Notes under the pieces: model-generated | The model's database searches: none | What the model was told of the DNA's origin: nothing | What the model saw: the letters and a program-made list of their open reading frames with translations, nothing else | Translations under genes and position numbers: made by a program | Assembly (NCBI GenBank): GCA_963737905.1 | Contig: CAVTUQ010000001.1 | Coordinates: forward strand, 64,001 to 128,000 | Direction: 5' to 3' | From: an uncultured delta proteobacterium | Lineage (GTDB): Bacteria; Desulfobacterota; Binatia; UBA9968 | DNA length: 64,000 nt | Shown here: one piece after another, positions 52,876 to 63,143 of the stretch | How the letters are laid out: each line of letters opens with the position of its first letter | Position numbering within the stretch: the stretch's first letter is position 1

Positions 52876-53969
52876 ATGACCCGCATGCCAATCCACAGGT
52901 TCAAAGGTTCAAACGTTCAACCGTTCAATGTTTTCGGCCTTCTGATTCTCTCTCTCGTTGGACTTTTGAATCTCGTGAGTCTTGAACGGGCTTCCGCCCA
53001 GACCCCCTTTTACCAGGGAAAGACTATTCGTATCGTGGTCGGCTATCAGCCTGGCGATAGCCACGACCTGTGGGCGCGCACTTACATCCGCTTTCTCGGC
53101 AAGCATATTCCAGGCAACCCCGAGTTCGTCGTGCAAAACATGCCCGGCGCCGGCTCGATGATCGCGGCCAATTACGTTTTCAATTTGACCAAGCCCGATG
53201 GTCTCACTCTCGGTTCCATAGGCGGTGCGCTGTTCATGGCCCAATTGACGGGGCGGAAAGAAGTGCAGTTTGACTGGCCGAAGTTTTCTTGGATCATGAC
53301 TCCGGACCGCGGCGGCCATCTTCTGTACATGCGCACCGACGCACCGTACAAGACTTTCGAAGATTTGCGCCAGACCAACGATCCACCGAAGTGCTCGGCC
53401 ACGGGCGTCGGCAGCACGGGATACGACCTGCCCAAGCTGCTCGAAGAAGCGCTGGGCTTTAAATTCCGCGTCATCAGTGGCTACCCCGGCGGCGCCGATC
53501 AAGATCTCGCCATGGAACGCGGCGAGGTTCACTGCCGCGCCTTTATCATCGAATCATTTTTCCAGCGCGAGCCGTTTCCCACCTGGGTCAAGAAAAATTT
53601 CGTCAGAGTGTGGCTGCAGACGGAACCTAAGCGCCATCCAAAGCTGCCCGACGTACCGACGGTCTTCGAGTTGATGGACCAATACAAAGTGTCCGACTCC
53701 AAACGGCGTCTGGTAACCACCTATCTTGGCATCTGGGGATTCGGCTCCCGGCCCATCGTCTCGACTCCCGGCACACCGGCGGACCGGACGCAGATCCTGC
53801 GCGACGGCTTCGCCAAAATGTTCAAGGATCCAGAGTTCCAGGAAGAGCTCAAGAAGCGCAAGTGGGAGGTGGAGTTTGTCGGCGGTGAAGAGCTTCAGGC
53901 ACTCGCGAAAGAAGTCGTCATCAGCCGCCCGACGTGGCCGCCGCGCTCAAGCGAATATTGAGCCAGTAA
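52876..53969 (+). CDS. TctC/Bug-type substrate-binding protein; 1-nt deletion near 53920
   Basis: FYQGKTIRIVVG, QNMPGAG; expected tail QPPDVAAALKRILSQ* is in the shifted frame. Confidence 0.9.
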
Positions 53970-53984
53970 TTCGGCAAGCGGCGC

Positions 53985-54019
53985 CGTTGCCAGTATTAAT
54001 GAACTCCATACTTGACCCC
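53985..54019 (+). repeat. Y1-transposase right-end fragment
   Basis: CGTTGCCAGTATTAAT(G/C)AACTCCATACTTGACCCC shared with 50343-50377. Confidence 0.8.
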
Positions 54020-54642
54020 TTTTGGCTTACTACCGAAGTGAAGAAAACGTGGAGTCGAGAAACCGTGGGAATCGCATCTTGAACTGACCCTCTCTAGAAT
54101 GAACGGAGGGTTCTTCAGCATAATCAGGACCGGAGCATTGGAGTGATGGATTGATAGCGAGAGTAAACCTGTCGCACCACGATCGAAAGGGACGACATGA
54201 GGATTTGAAATCCTCATAGCAGACAGAAGGGGAAATAACGGGGTCGAGGCCGAATGGACAAAGAAAGAAATTAGAATCCTGAATCAAGCCCTCACGATTG
54301 ATCCTCTAAAGGGGGGAAATAAAGGGGACGCAAACCTTTTCTTGACTGCTAAAATCTTGACAAGCTACTCGTACGGAAGGAAAATCATGGTTGGTTGACG
54401 ATTTGGCCTTAATGATATTCGTTCATTGCGTCGCGCTAAACTGCGATGTAAGAAAGACCATGGAACTTTACGAACACGTTGTACTTGCCTATCTGACCAA
54501 GGACCCGTTCGCCGTCGTCAGTCCACAGTATTCGATCACCGAGGTCGAAACTTCCACTACAATTTTACTCCGATAACGATTCTTCTCAGTGATAGGAGCG
54601 ATTCACATTTATCGGCTATAATAGGCAAGAGGTGGAAAAGAC

Positions 54643-56508
54643 ATGGAGAACCTTACATCTCTAAACGGTCTTGTGAACGAGCGAATATTTAGAGTTCCGG
54701 ACTACCAGCGTGGTTACGCGTGGACGGCGACGGAGCGGCAAGACTTGCTCGACGACCTTGCGGAGATTCAAGTATTGAACACGCATTCGCACTACGAACA
54801 TTTTACGGGCACGGTTGTTTTAGAAGATACTAAACAAAACCTTACTGTGCCCGGTGGTGTAGTAAAGCGACTAGAAATCGTCGACGGCCAACAGCGGTTA
54901 ACTACATTCGTTATTCTAATCCGACAAATTATCGACCAATATCGCGAATTGGGTGATACCAGGCACATGCGAGCGGCACAAACACTCGAGGAACGGTACG
55001 TTAAAATAACGCCCGATGGACCGTACCTTTTGGAATTAAACAACGATACAAACCGATTCTTTATCGACACGATTTTGGAAGCTAGCACAACACGCGTGCC
55101 TCAATCCTTTGCTGAGGAAAATCTACTCAACGCGAAACGGGAATTTTTAGACTTCTTGCGGCAGAAGCAGAAGGAGCACGACCCACAATTTGGTGAATAT
55201 CTGGATACATTGACCACGATACTTACGTCATCGCTGAAATTTCTGCTCTATCAACCGAGTGGACAAGCCGAGGCTTGTTTCATGTTCGAGTCAATGAATG
55301 CCCGTGGACTGGAACTAACCCAATTGGAGAAAACTAAGAATCTGCTCTTCTTCCTCGCCTACAAGTATAAAACAAGCGAAAATCAGCTCAAACATTTGAG
55401 CACGGCTATAACAGATACTTGGCGAGATGTGTGGAGAAACCTGTACAGTGCTAAGGGTGAAGAAGACCAATTTCTTAGGTTCCATTGGATAGTTTTCGAT
55501 CGCGAAACCTGGATGGACAAAGGCGACGTAACACGTACATACGATATTCATGACGCTATACGTAAAACCGTGAAGGAATGCCTAGAATCCGCTGATGTAT
55601 GCAAATGGCTAGAGTCATACCTAACGAGTCTGAGAAGTTACAGCCCGCTCTATAGAGACTTGATAAATCCCCACGCGGAGACAAGCTTTCAACGCCAGGC
55701 AAAGCAGCGCGATGCACTCGTGGAATTAGTTCACTCGACTCAGCGGATCGGTCGGGAGGCGAACCTCATCCCCGTGATGATGGCGTCGTACTATCGATAC
55801 GCCAACACAGACGAGGAACTGCAGGAAATCTTTCGACTTGCAGAAGTATTTAGCTTTCGTCTTTTAGTCATCGGGCGTAGGGCAGATGTTGGTCGCAGAA
55901 GAGCATTTGATATTGCGTGCGAAATCGGCCACGGGAAGCTTTTAGCGATCGATGCAATTAAAAGATTGCGGGGGCTGATCTCAGAGTATTGTGATGATTC
56001 GAAGTTTCGGGATGCACTTGAGGACCAAAAGGACGATTTCTACCACTGGTCCGGGATACGTTATTTCCTTTTTGAACACGAGCGGGATTTGCAAAGGAAG
56101 GCAAGGGGGCAGTTTTTGCTCGACTGGGATCTCTTTAGGCGCCAAGAACCAGAGCAGAGCATCGAACATATACTACCTCAAGGCGAGTCGATTCCGCAAA
56201 GCACATACTGGAACGATTATTGGGGCAAATTCTTTTCCGAGGAAGAGTGGCGTCGGTGCCGACACCTCTTGGGAAACCTTAACCTTGCGATGCCGCATTG
56301 GAATTCTTCATACAGCGCCAAAGATTTTCCTGCGAAGCGTGGAGACAGAACGACTCCTCCGGACGCAATGGTGTACGCCCATTCGCCATGGATTTCAGAG
56401 CAGGTATTATCCACGATCACCGATTGGACTCCTGAGGAAATCACGAAGCGACAGAACACACTGGCGGCTTGGGCAATAAAAAGATGGCCGATAGACGTGC
56501 CACAATAG
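54643..56508 (+). CDS. DUF262 plus DUF1524 protein (GmrSD-like restriction nuclease family)
   Basis: VPDYQRGYAW, IVDGQQRLTT, FESMNARG, SIEHILPQ, LGNL. Confidence 0.93.
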   Translation: MENLTSLNGLVNERIFRVPDYQRGYAWTATERQDLLDDLAEIQVLNTHSHYEHFTGTVVLEDTKQNLTVPGGVVKRLEIVDGQQRLTTFVILIRQIIDQYRELGDTRHMRAAQTLEERYVKITPDGPYLLELNNDTNRFFIDTILEASTTRVPQSFAEENLLNAKREFLDFLRQKQKEHDPQFGEYLDTLTTILTSSLKFLLYQPSGQAEACFMFESMNARGLELTQLEKTKNLLFFLAYKYKTSENQLKHLSTAITDTWRDVWRNLYSAKGEEDQFLRFHWIVFDRETWMDKGDVTRTYDIHDAIRKTVKECLESADVCKWLESYLTSLRSYSPLYRDLINPHAETSFQRQAKQRDALVELVHSTQRIGREANLIPVMMASYYRYANTDEELQEIFRLAEVFSFRLLVIGRRADVGRRRAFDIACEIGHGKLLAIDAIKRLRGLISEYCDDSKFRDALEDQKDDFYHWSGIRYFLFEHERDLQRKARGQFLLDWDLFRRQEPEQSIEHILPQGESIPQSTYWNDYWGKFFSEEEWRRCRHLLGNLNLAMPHWNSSYSAKDFPAKRGDRTTPPDAMVYAHSPWISEQVLSTITDWTPEEITKRQNTLAAWAIKRWPIDVPQ

Positions 56509-56599
56509 GAAGGCAGCCTATCGGGATGATCAGCCATAACAATCATTACAATCCATCAACCTCTCTGACTGCTAAGGCGAAATCTTAGCGTAGATCGCT

Positions 56600-56712
56600 T
56601 CCCCGCCCTACAACCGATAAAGCTCCGCCGCGGTTTCCACAGCACTCTGTTGCGGGCTTCAGCCGATACGCCTTTGAAACAATGATCGATCGTTTCCCGA
56701 GTGCGCGGAGAT
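56600..56712 (-). pseudogene. C-terminal remnant of an amidohydrolase-like gene
   Basis: PRTRETIDHCFKGVSAEARNRVL(C)GNRGGALS pattern; begins next to the GGGGTC site at 56723. Confidence 0.45.
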
Positions 56713-56722
56713 AATGAATAAT

Positions 56723-56924
56723 GGGGTCGAGCCTGAATCTGTACTTTAGGAGGCGGAGTCTGCGCAGACAACTATCATTAGGCGAAGCCTGGATGGACAA
56801 GGAAAGAAACTAGAATCCCGAATCAAGCCTGAACATCACTGTATCCCCAAGGCTGCAGGCGGAGGCAAAGTTTCGAGATCGTGTGGGAAGCGTCCGACGA
56901 ATTTGCCAACAAAAGATTTGACCC
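56723..56924 (+). repeat. GGGGTC...TTGACCC-bounded composite repeat
   Basis: Homologous to 49727-49938; tail translates AKFRDRVGSVRRICQQKI*. Confidence 0.8.
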
Positions 56925-57002
56925 TTTTGCTCCTTCAACATACAGTATGATTTGGGATGGCTTCGCGTGACGCCGCACCTAAATGCCAGCGGCATAACGC
57001 CG

Positions 57003-57791
57003 TCAAGGCAAGTTTGGCCATACGCTGTCACAAAAAACGTTGAGCGCTTCTTCGACAGTGACGTAGTCAATTATGACTTGCTGGTGGATAATGGCAGGAC
57101 GACTTTCTTCGTACGAATGGATAAACACAAGGCTTGGTGTGCCTATCATATTTTGTTCTTCGCGCAGCTGGTCGTAAAGGGAATCACTTCCAGGAAGATC
57201 AAAATCCAATTTTCGAATCTGATCTTCTATAGTGAAATAGCGTGTTTTTTCTTCGTCATTGAGCACAGACGGCGGAATATACATCGGAATTCGATGCGCT
57301 AGGGCATCTCGGTAGTTCTTCGAATATTCTGAATACCAATTCCTTATCGGCTCCGAATTTAGATACGTCCGCAACTTGTCGGGGAAATGCGCTTGCATTT
57401 TATTGCTGAAGATTCCGATATCGAATCGTCCCAGTTTTCCTCTTTCTGGCGTGCCAAGCAGGCTGTTTTCAAAAGCCACTACCCACGCCAGATTGTCAAA
57501 CAGCCCTGAAATGTTAACGAAGAAAGCGTGAAGATTTATTTCCACGTCAGTCAAGGCATCCGATTCTAGCTGCTGGGTTCGTTCGACGGGAAAAATCGTA
57601 AAGATATTATGAACGCATCGAGTTAGTATTCCGAGTCGCCTTGCTACACCGTGCAACAGGTATTCTTTTGCTCTTGTTCCCTGAAGTCGCACTTCGACCG
57701 CAAGGAGACGAACCTTTAGCTGATTATGGATTCCATCCAGCTTCGAGTACTTGTCGGTGATGTCTTTGATAGCCTGCTCATCGTATCGCAT
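57003..57791 (-). CDS. Hypothetical protein with HEPN-like R-x4-H motif (Cthe_2314-like)
   Basis: Helical 262 aa; FDNLAW and NYRDALAH. Confidence 0.7.
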   Translation of the reverse strand: MRYDEQAIKDITDKYSKLDGIHNQLKVRLLAVEVRLQGTRAKEYLLHGVARRLGILTRCVHNIFTIFPVERTQQLESDALTDVEINLHAFFVNISGLFDNLAWVVAFENSLLGTPERGKLGRFDIGIFSNKMQAHFPDKLRTYLNSEPIRNWYSEYSKNYRDALAHRIPMYIPPSVLNDEEKTRYFTIEDQIRKLDFDLPGSDSLYDQLREEQNMIGTPSLVFIHSYEESRPAIIHQQVIIDYVTVEEALNVFCDSVWPNLP

Positions 57792-57906
57792 GGAAATCCC
57801 CTTTTCTGCTGTACTAATAGTCGCCCCGGAGGGGCATACGTCAGGCTAGGATGGTTGCCGCTTTTATATTCGACAGGAGCCAGATTTGAGGGTCAGGCAT
57901 GAGTTA

Positions 57907-59773
57907 TGATTCTGCTGAAGAACCCGGTTGTAATGTTCTGAGTGACAACAGAAAGGGATAGGCCTGCACCGATTTTTATTGCAGCGTGTCGTAGTTATAA
58001 AAAACCCGGCCCTCAAGCCTCACGCGGGGCTCAGAGCCGCTATTTCGATCTGGAAAGCCAACCGTTTTAAGTATCGTTTCACATTGCAGGCCGCACCCAT
58101 GAAGTAATGCGACAACGCGACCCGGTTGAACCCGCGATACTTGGTCCGCCGCAACCCGTGCCCGCGCACCAACTCGCTGTGGGTTCCCTCGATGCCGTTG
58201 CGTGGATGCATCGATTCAGAAAAGTTATCCACTCTCATTTGCTCCCGGCGCTTCTGCACCAGATCGTGGCGTAATCCAACGACCAGCATTCTGCGTCCAC
58301 TCTTGGCACGCGTACATTGTTTTTGCACAGGACAGCCGTCGCATTGGCTACCCCACTCCAGACGGTAGTATACAGTTCCCATGTAGCTATCCTTGATACG
58401 GCTGCATTGAGTGCTGGTCTTTCCCTGCGGACAAACCGCTCGCTGGTTCTCTACGTCCACAACAAACCCGTCGGCATTATACGGCCCCTTGTGGGGATCG
58501 GGACGGGTTGGCCCGAGTAGCTCCATCGCTTCGCTTTCAGCTTGCGACAAGGTGCCCTCGGTCACATAGCCGCCGTCAGCATACACCGCCTCGGGTTTTA
58601 GCTCGTGGTGTTCCTGTTGTCGTTTGAGCGCTTTGGCCAAGCCTGCCATTTCGTCTTGGGCCGCCTCGGTCGTTAGAATCTCGGTAATAAAATGTTCGCC
58701 AGGCTCCGCTTTGATCTTCGCTGGCTCTTTCGGATCAACGCTCTCCATCACGTGGACCTTGTAGCCGATCCACTGTTTAGTCCCCTTATCCGCATAGTGA
58801 GCATCGGGATCGTGCGGATTCTGTACCGCGCGAGAAGGCCGCGTGCGACGGGATTGCACCGCTCCCTGCACCACCTCGAACTGTTCTTCAAAAACCCGGC
58901 GCATCAGTTGTATCGATTCAATCTCACCAAGCTTCGGATCATGGTTATCGATCCACTCAAGAAGATCTTTCAGGTCTTGGCCGCATTGACGGTAACGGCT
59001 GTCCCGTTCGGCTTTACTGAGCCGCCAACCCACTTCGCTCTGCACGTACAGCGCCCATAGCCTCTCCCAGAACTCTGGCCGCTTGCCGGCAACAAGGACT
59101 CCGGCTAACCCCTCCAACCCCAGGCGCACCGTCTCCACCGCGCATTCCAACCGGCTCATCTCTTTGACGTAGCCTAAGATATGCGTGCTATCGATGCGCT
59201 GTTTGCCCGCTCGCTTGATCAATCCCAACTCGATCAAAAGATCTATGATCCCGTCAAATATCACCCGCTCGGCCTTTTTCTCCTCCAGCCGGTCACGAAA
59301 ATAAACCAACACCGTCGAATGAAATCCTTCATAGTCCAGCTCCAAATCCAAGGCGTACTTCCAGCCCAGATGATAGACCACTTGCTCCGCCGCCCGGCGG
59401 TCCGTCACTTTCTCCATGAACTGCAATAACGTGACCCCGCTCAAAAGCACCGGATCAATCGCCGGACGACCGTTGCTCTCGCAGTAAAGCGCCTCTAACT
59501 TAACTCGAAGCCTTAACAGCTTAGGTAGGATCTTTTCTCGGAACAACCGGTATCGGTCAGCGCCGCCAAACAGATAACTCGTGTGATAAAAGCTTCTCTG
59601 TGAATCGAAACGTCCTACGCTCATACACGCAGATTAAAGACAGTCGTAATACTTATCAACGACAAAATGCTTCAAGCTGGCCCTGAGCGTTTAATTTCTT
59701 GCCTTGTGCTGGTTAGGAATTTTGCTCACCGATAACTATATCTAAATTTCAATGGGGTTTTTCAGCAGAATCA
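57907..59773 (-). mobile_element. IS1182-like (IS4 superfamily) insertion sequence
   Basis: IRs TGATTCTGCTGAA / TTCAGCAGAATCA; GTTA duplicated at 57903-57906 and 59774-59777. Confidence 0.92.
58020..59624 (-). CDS. IS1182-like DDE transposase
   Basis: GRPAIDP, QRIDSTH, NPHDPDA, YADGGY, RNGIEGTHSE. Confidence 0.92.
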   Translation of the reverse strand: MSVGRFDSQRSFYHTSYLFGGADRYRLFREKILPKLLRLRVKLEALYCESNGRPAIDPVLLSGVTLLQFMEKVTDRRAAEQVVYHLGWKYALDLELDYEGFHSTVLVYFRDRLEEKKAERVIFDGIIDLLIELGLIKRAGKQRIDSTHILGYVKEMSRLECAVETVRLGLEGLAGVLVAGKRPEFWERLWALYVQSEVGWRLSKAERDSRYRQCGQDLKDLLEWIDNHDPKLGEIESIQLMRRVFEEQFEVVQGAVQSRRTRPSRAVQNPHDPDAHYADKGTKQWIGYKVHVMESVDPKEPAKIKAEPGEHFITEILTTEAAQDEMAGLAKALKRQQEHHELKPEAVYADGGYVTEGTLSQAESEAMELLGPTRPDPHKGPYNADGFVVDVENQRAVCPQGKTSTQCSRIKDSYMGTVYYRLEWGSQCDGCPVQKQCTRAKSGRRMLVVGLRHDLVQKRREQMRVDNFSESMHPRNGIEGTHSELVRGHGLRRTKYRGFNRVALSHYFMGAACNVKRYLKRLAFQIEIAALSPA

Positions 59774-60213
59774 GTTATTGACTTATTGATCTATCTCTAT
59801 CCATTCCGCCAATTCCCCAACAGAACTCGCGGCCCGAAGACCTTCCGCAACATTTGCGGTCGCCGGCCCTATAGGTACGTACACTTTGGCAGGCGTACAA
59901 ACAACAGGAATTATTTTTGAGAATTTCGAAAAATCAAAGTTATCTCCGCATCGTTTGCAATAGAGAAGCGACATTTTCTCCTGCCATTGCTTCACGGCAT
60001 TCATCATAGCAGATGTTACATTGCGAACAGTTCGATAGTCTCCAGAATCATATTCTCCCGAGTAAATCACGGCTTTGCAGGATACGGCGAGTAGTTCGTC
60101 ATTACGTTCTCCGATGGCGTCTATGTCCGTGATCGACGCGCCGTCGAAACGTAGCGGGCGTCCTCGAAGATTTAGAATTTCAGGAGTCGGTTTCCAGCAG
60201 CTGCGATTAATTA

Positions 60214-61687
60214 GTTTTCACTGAAAAAGTCAGAAAGTTGTTGGGTGTAAATATTGGATTGATGTAAAAGAAGTCATGCGCAAAGCAATATCTGAGCAGA
60301 TGAGTTTTGGCGATGGCTTCATCGATCCCAGTTTGTACCGGTTGGATGAGGAGCTCAAGAAAGTGGATGAGCTTCTGAGCCAGGGCGAGGTGCTCAAGCC
60401 CTTCGAAGCACTCTTCGATGATAGCCTGGGCCGGCCCGGCACCCCAGCGGGGATTTACCTGCGGATGATGTATCTCAAGTTTCGCTGGGGACTGAGCTAC
60501 GAAGAAGTGGAGACGGAGGTTAAAGAGAGATTGCCTTGGCGCTATTTCTGCCATCTGTCTTTGATGGATACGGTTCCCGACGCCACCACGTTGATCAAGC
60601 TCAACCAGAGATTTGGCGAGGAGCGGATTGTCAATCTGAACAAGCAGTTGGTCGGCCATTTGGTCAAGCACCGAGCGATCAAACCGCGCCGGATTCGCAT
60701 CGACTCGACGACTCTGGAAGCCCATATCGCTTACCCCACCGACATCAGCATCCTCCATCAAGCAGTGCGCACCCTTACCCGCACGGCGAGTTCGTTGGGT
60801 CAGAAGATTGTCAGTCATGTGAGAGCCACCAAGAAAGCCTTGGCCCGCTGGGGAGCCAGTTCCAAGGCCAAGCCTAAACAGCGCAAAGCCCAAGGCAAAA
60901 AGATTCTCAAGAAAGTAGCCCAACTGGCCACCGACACGCTGGCCCAGAGCCGTCAAGCTTTCGAGCATCTGTCGACAACGGCGCCAACCCAACTCAAGCA
61001 GAAGTTTAGCGAAACGATCGAGCTGACCGAAAAGCTGGTTGGGCAAACCCAGGACAAACTGGCGGGAAAGCGTACGATCCCCGAGCGCATCGTTTCGTTC
61101 TTTGATCCTGAGGCCCGGGCCATCGTCAAGGGCAAACTCGACAAGCCGGTGGAGTTTGGTCGCACCCTGCAGTTGCTCCAGGACGACTCGGGAGTGATCG
61201 TTCACTACGAGATTGAGAGGGGCAATCCTAGCGACAAGACCAAGCTTATTTCTTTGGTCCGCCAGGCCAAAAAAATTCTCAAACAAGCGCCCCGAGAATT
61301 GGCCACCGACCGCGGTTATTACAGCGCCGACAATGTGAAAAAGCTTAGTCGGCTGGGAGTCCGTAGGGTTGGCATTCCGAAGATTGGTCGGTTGAGTAGA
61401 GCTGAGAAAAGACATCAACACGCCAAATGGTTCAAAAAGCTGCAACGGTTTCGCTGCGGCATCGAAGCGGGCATTAGTCTGCTCAAGCGCCGGTTCTCTC
61501 TGGGCCGAGTGCTGGCCAAGGGCTCGCCGGCTACCGCCGTATGGACCGGCTTTGCGATCTTTGCTTTCAATCTGTGGCAACAAACCTAACATGTGATGAA
61601 AACCCAACTCAATGCCGATGACAACTTTCGAGACTCGTAAACACGGCTAATATCCAAATCTTTTAACCGTACTTTTTCAGCGAGAAC
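60214..61687 (+). mobile_element. IS5-like insertion sequence
   Basis: 17-bp imperfect IRs GTTTTCACTGAAAAAGT / ACTTTTTCAGCGAGAAC; TAATTA duplicated. Confidence 0.9.
60276..61589 (+). CDS. IS5-family DDE transposase
   Basis: GRP, PDATTL, RIDST, YPTD, ATDRGY, RCGIEAGIS. Confidence 0.92.
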   Translation: MRKAISEQMSFGDGFIDPSLYRLDEELKKVDELLSQGEVLKPFEALFDDSLGRPGTPAGIYLRMMYLKFRWGLSYEEVETEVKERLPWRYFCHLSLMDTVPDATTLIKLNQRFGEERIVNLNKQLVGHLVKHRAIKPRRIRIDSTTLEAHIAYPTDISILHQAVRTLTRTASSLGQKIVSHVRATKKALARWGASSKAKPKQRKAQGKKILKKVAQLATDTLAQSRQAFEHLSTTAPTQLKQKFSETIELTEKLVGQTQDKLAGKRTIPERIVSFFDPEARAIVKGKLDKPVEFGRTLQLLQDDSGVIVHYEIERGNPSDKTKLISLVRQAKKILKQAPRELATDRGYYSADNVKKLSRLGVRRVGIPKIGRLSRAEKRHQHAKWFKKLQRFRCGIEAGISLLKRRFSLGRVLAKGSPATAVWTGFAIFAFNLWQQT

Positions 61688-63143
61688 TAATTAGCTCTTG
61701 GGTCAAAAGTTCAAAGTGCTGCGCCCGCACGTTTGGAATAACACCATCTGCAATCGGCGCTTCTAATACAGCGTTTAAACATTCACCGGCAGCCAAGAGG
61801 TCAACACAAGTAATTGGCCCTTCACGCCTTACTATTGGAGCGGTCCGGAGCGGCCAAATAGAACCAGTAATGTTAGTAACTTCTGACAGGAAAGCGCCGG
61901 TTGATGGAGGCGGTTCATTGACATGGAATAGTTTGCCAAAGTGCGCGTCATACTCAGCCAGTATGGGTCGATAAAAATATTCAAGCAGTTCCTCGTCGAG
62001 CAACAAGTACCCGCGAGTCAGAACTGATAGAAACCCTGCCCTATGTCTAGAGATCATAGCCCATGCACCCCACAGCAGTAGAATCAATATCATCGCCTCC
62101 CTAGGCCAGAGCGTAAGTTGATCAGGCATTTTTGAAAGCCGAGTAAATGGCTCTAGTGAAACCGATCGGGGATGACTCCGACATAGCACTGATATTTCAT
62201 CGCCGGTTTTTGTACCAGGAAGTGTTTCCGGTATGTACTCCACCGGAACCGGGAGTAACTTAGGTTCCATGCGATGCAGGTAAAGAATCGATGTTGCGTG
62301 TCTTAACTCGGATGGCGACGCGAGAATCGTGCCGGAACGTTGAAATGGCATTCCTGAAACCCCGCGTTGGTCATATAGTTTTACGGCTTCTTCTAACTGC
62401 TCGTCTCGAACACGGACAAGACTAGCATTCTGTTTTACGACAAATTTTGAACCTTTCCCGGCCCACCTCAAACCAGCATGTACGCTCGATAGATACCGGG
62501 CCGCAGCACAACACTCCGCTAGTCGCCTGATCGTCGCTCCGAAAGTTGAATAGGAGATAGTTCCGTTCTTCCTGATTTCAATCCGGGATTCGAACTTTTC
62601 GCTTCTCCCGGTTAACGACTCTGCTAGTGCTTGATCGTAACCAAAGGTGGTGGGCAATGGGCTCGAGAATACGTGATGCGGCAGTCTGCGCATCATCCAG
62701 AGCCACCGTAGAGGTGAATAGCCGGACACCATTTTTGACATGTATGTTTCCAAGAAAAGACGCGCTCTGTTCAGCATGATAGACGCCTCTTCTGGTGGAA
62801 GCTCTGACGGGTTGGTCACATAGTCGTTAAAGACGGCCTTTGCGACTTGGTAATCTAATTCCGCAGTGATCGAGGTCTGATATTTTGCGAAAGAAACTTC
62901 AGTCAAGTTTTTGGCAATCTCTTCTTCTGCTTGATCTACAAAGATCATTCAAATTCACCTCTTGAGGGAACCAAGATCGGAGCCGGACACCAGGTCGGAC
63001 CCTATGTGTGACTACTTCCGAATTTTTCGACCAAGAGACAGTGCTTTCTGGCCTTTAGCGCATCATTTTCGCCGCTAAAATCAACCGCGTAAGTGTCTTC
63101 GTGATCCGGCAGCGTGTACGTTCCGCCCAATCGCTAACTGTGA

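Larger units (their letters stand above)
59783..62948 (-). pseudogene. About 561-aa protein with C-terminal PD-(D/E)XK-like nuclease motif, split by an IS
   Basis: Removing the IS and one TAATTA restores frame: QELINRSCWKP...ITDIDAIGERNDELLAVSCKAVIYSGEY. Confidence 0.78.

Noticed and set aside
54460-54576. Short ORF MELYEHVVLAYLTKDPFAVVSPQYSI
   Set aside because: Looks like a truncated gene start but is too short to assign; mentioned only as a stub
60207-61607. 466-aa minus-strand ORF
   Set aside because: Exact antisense of the IS5-like transposase, with no motifs of its own
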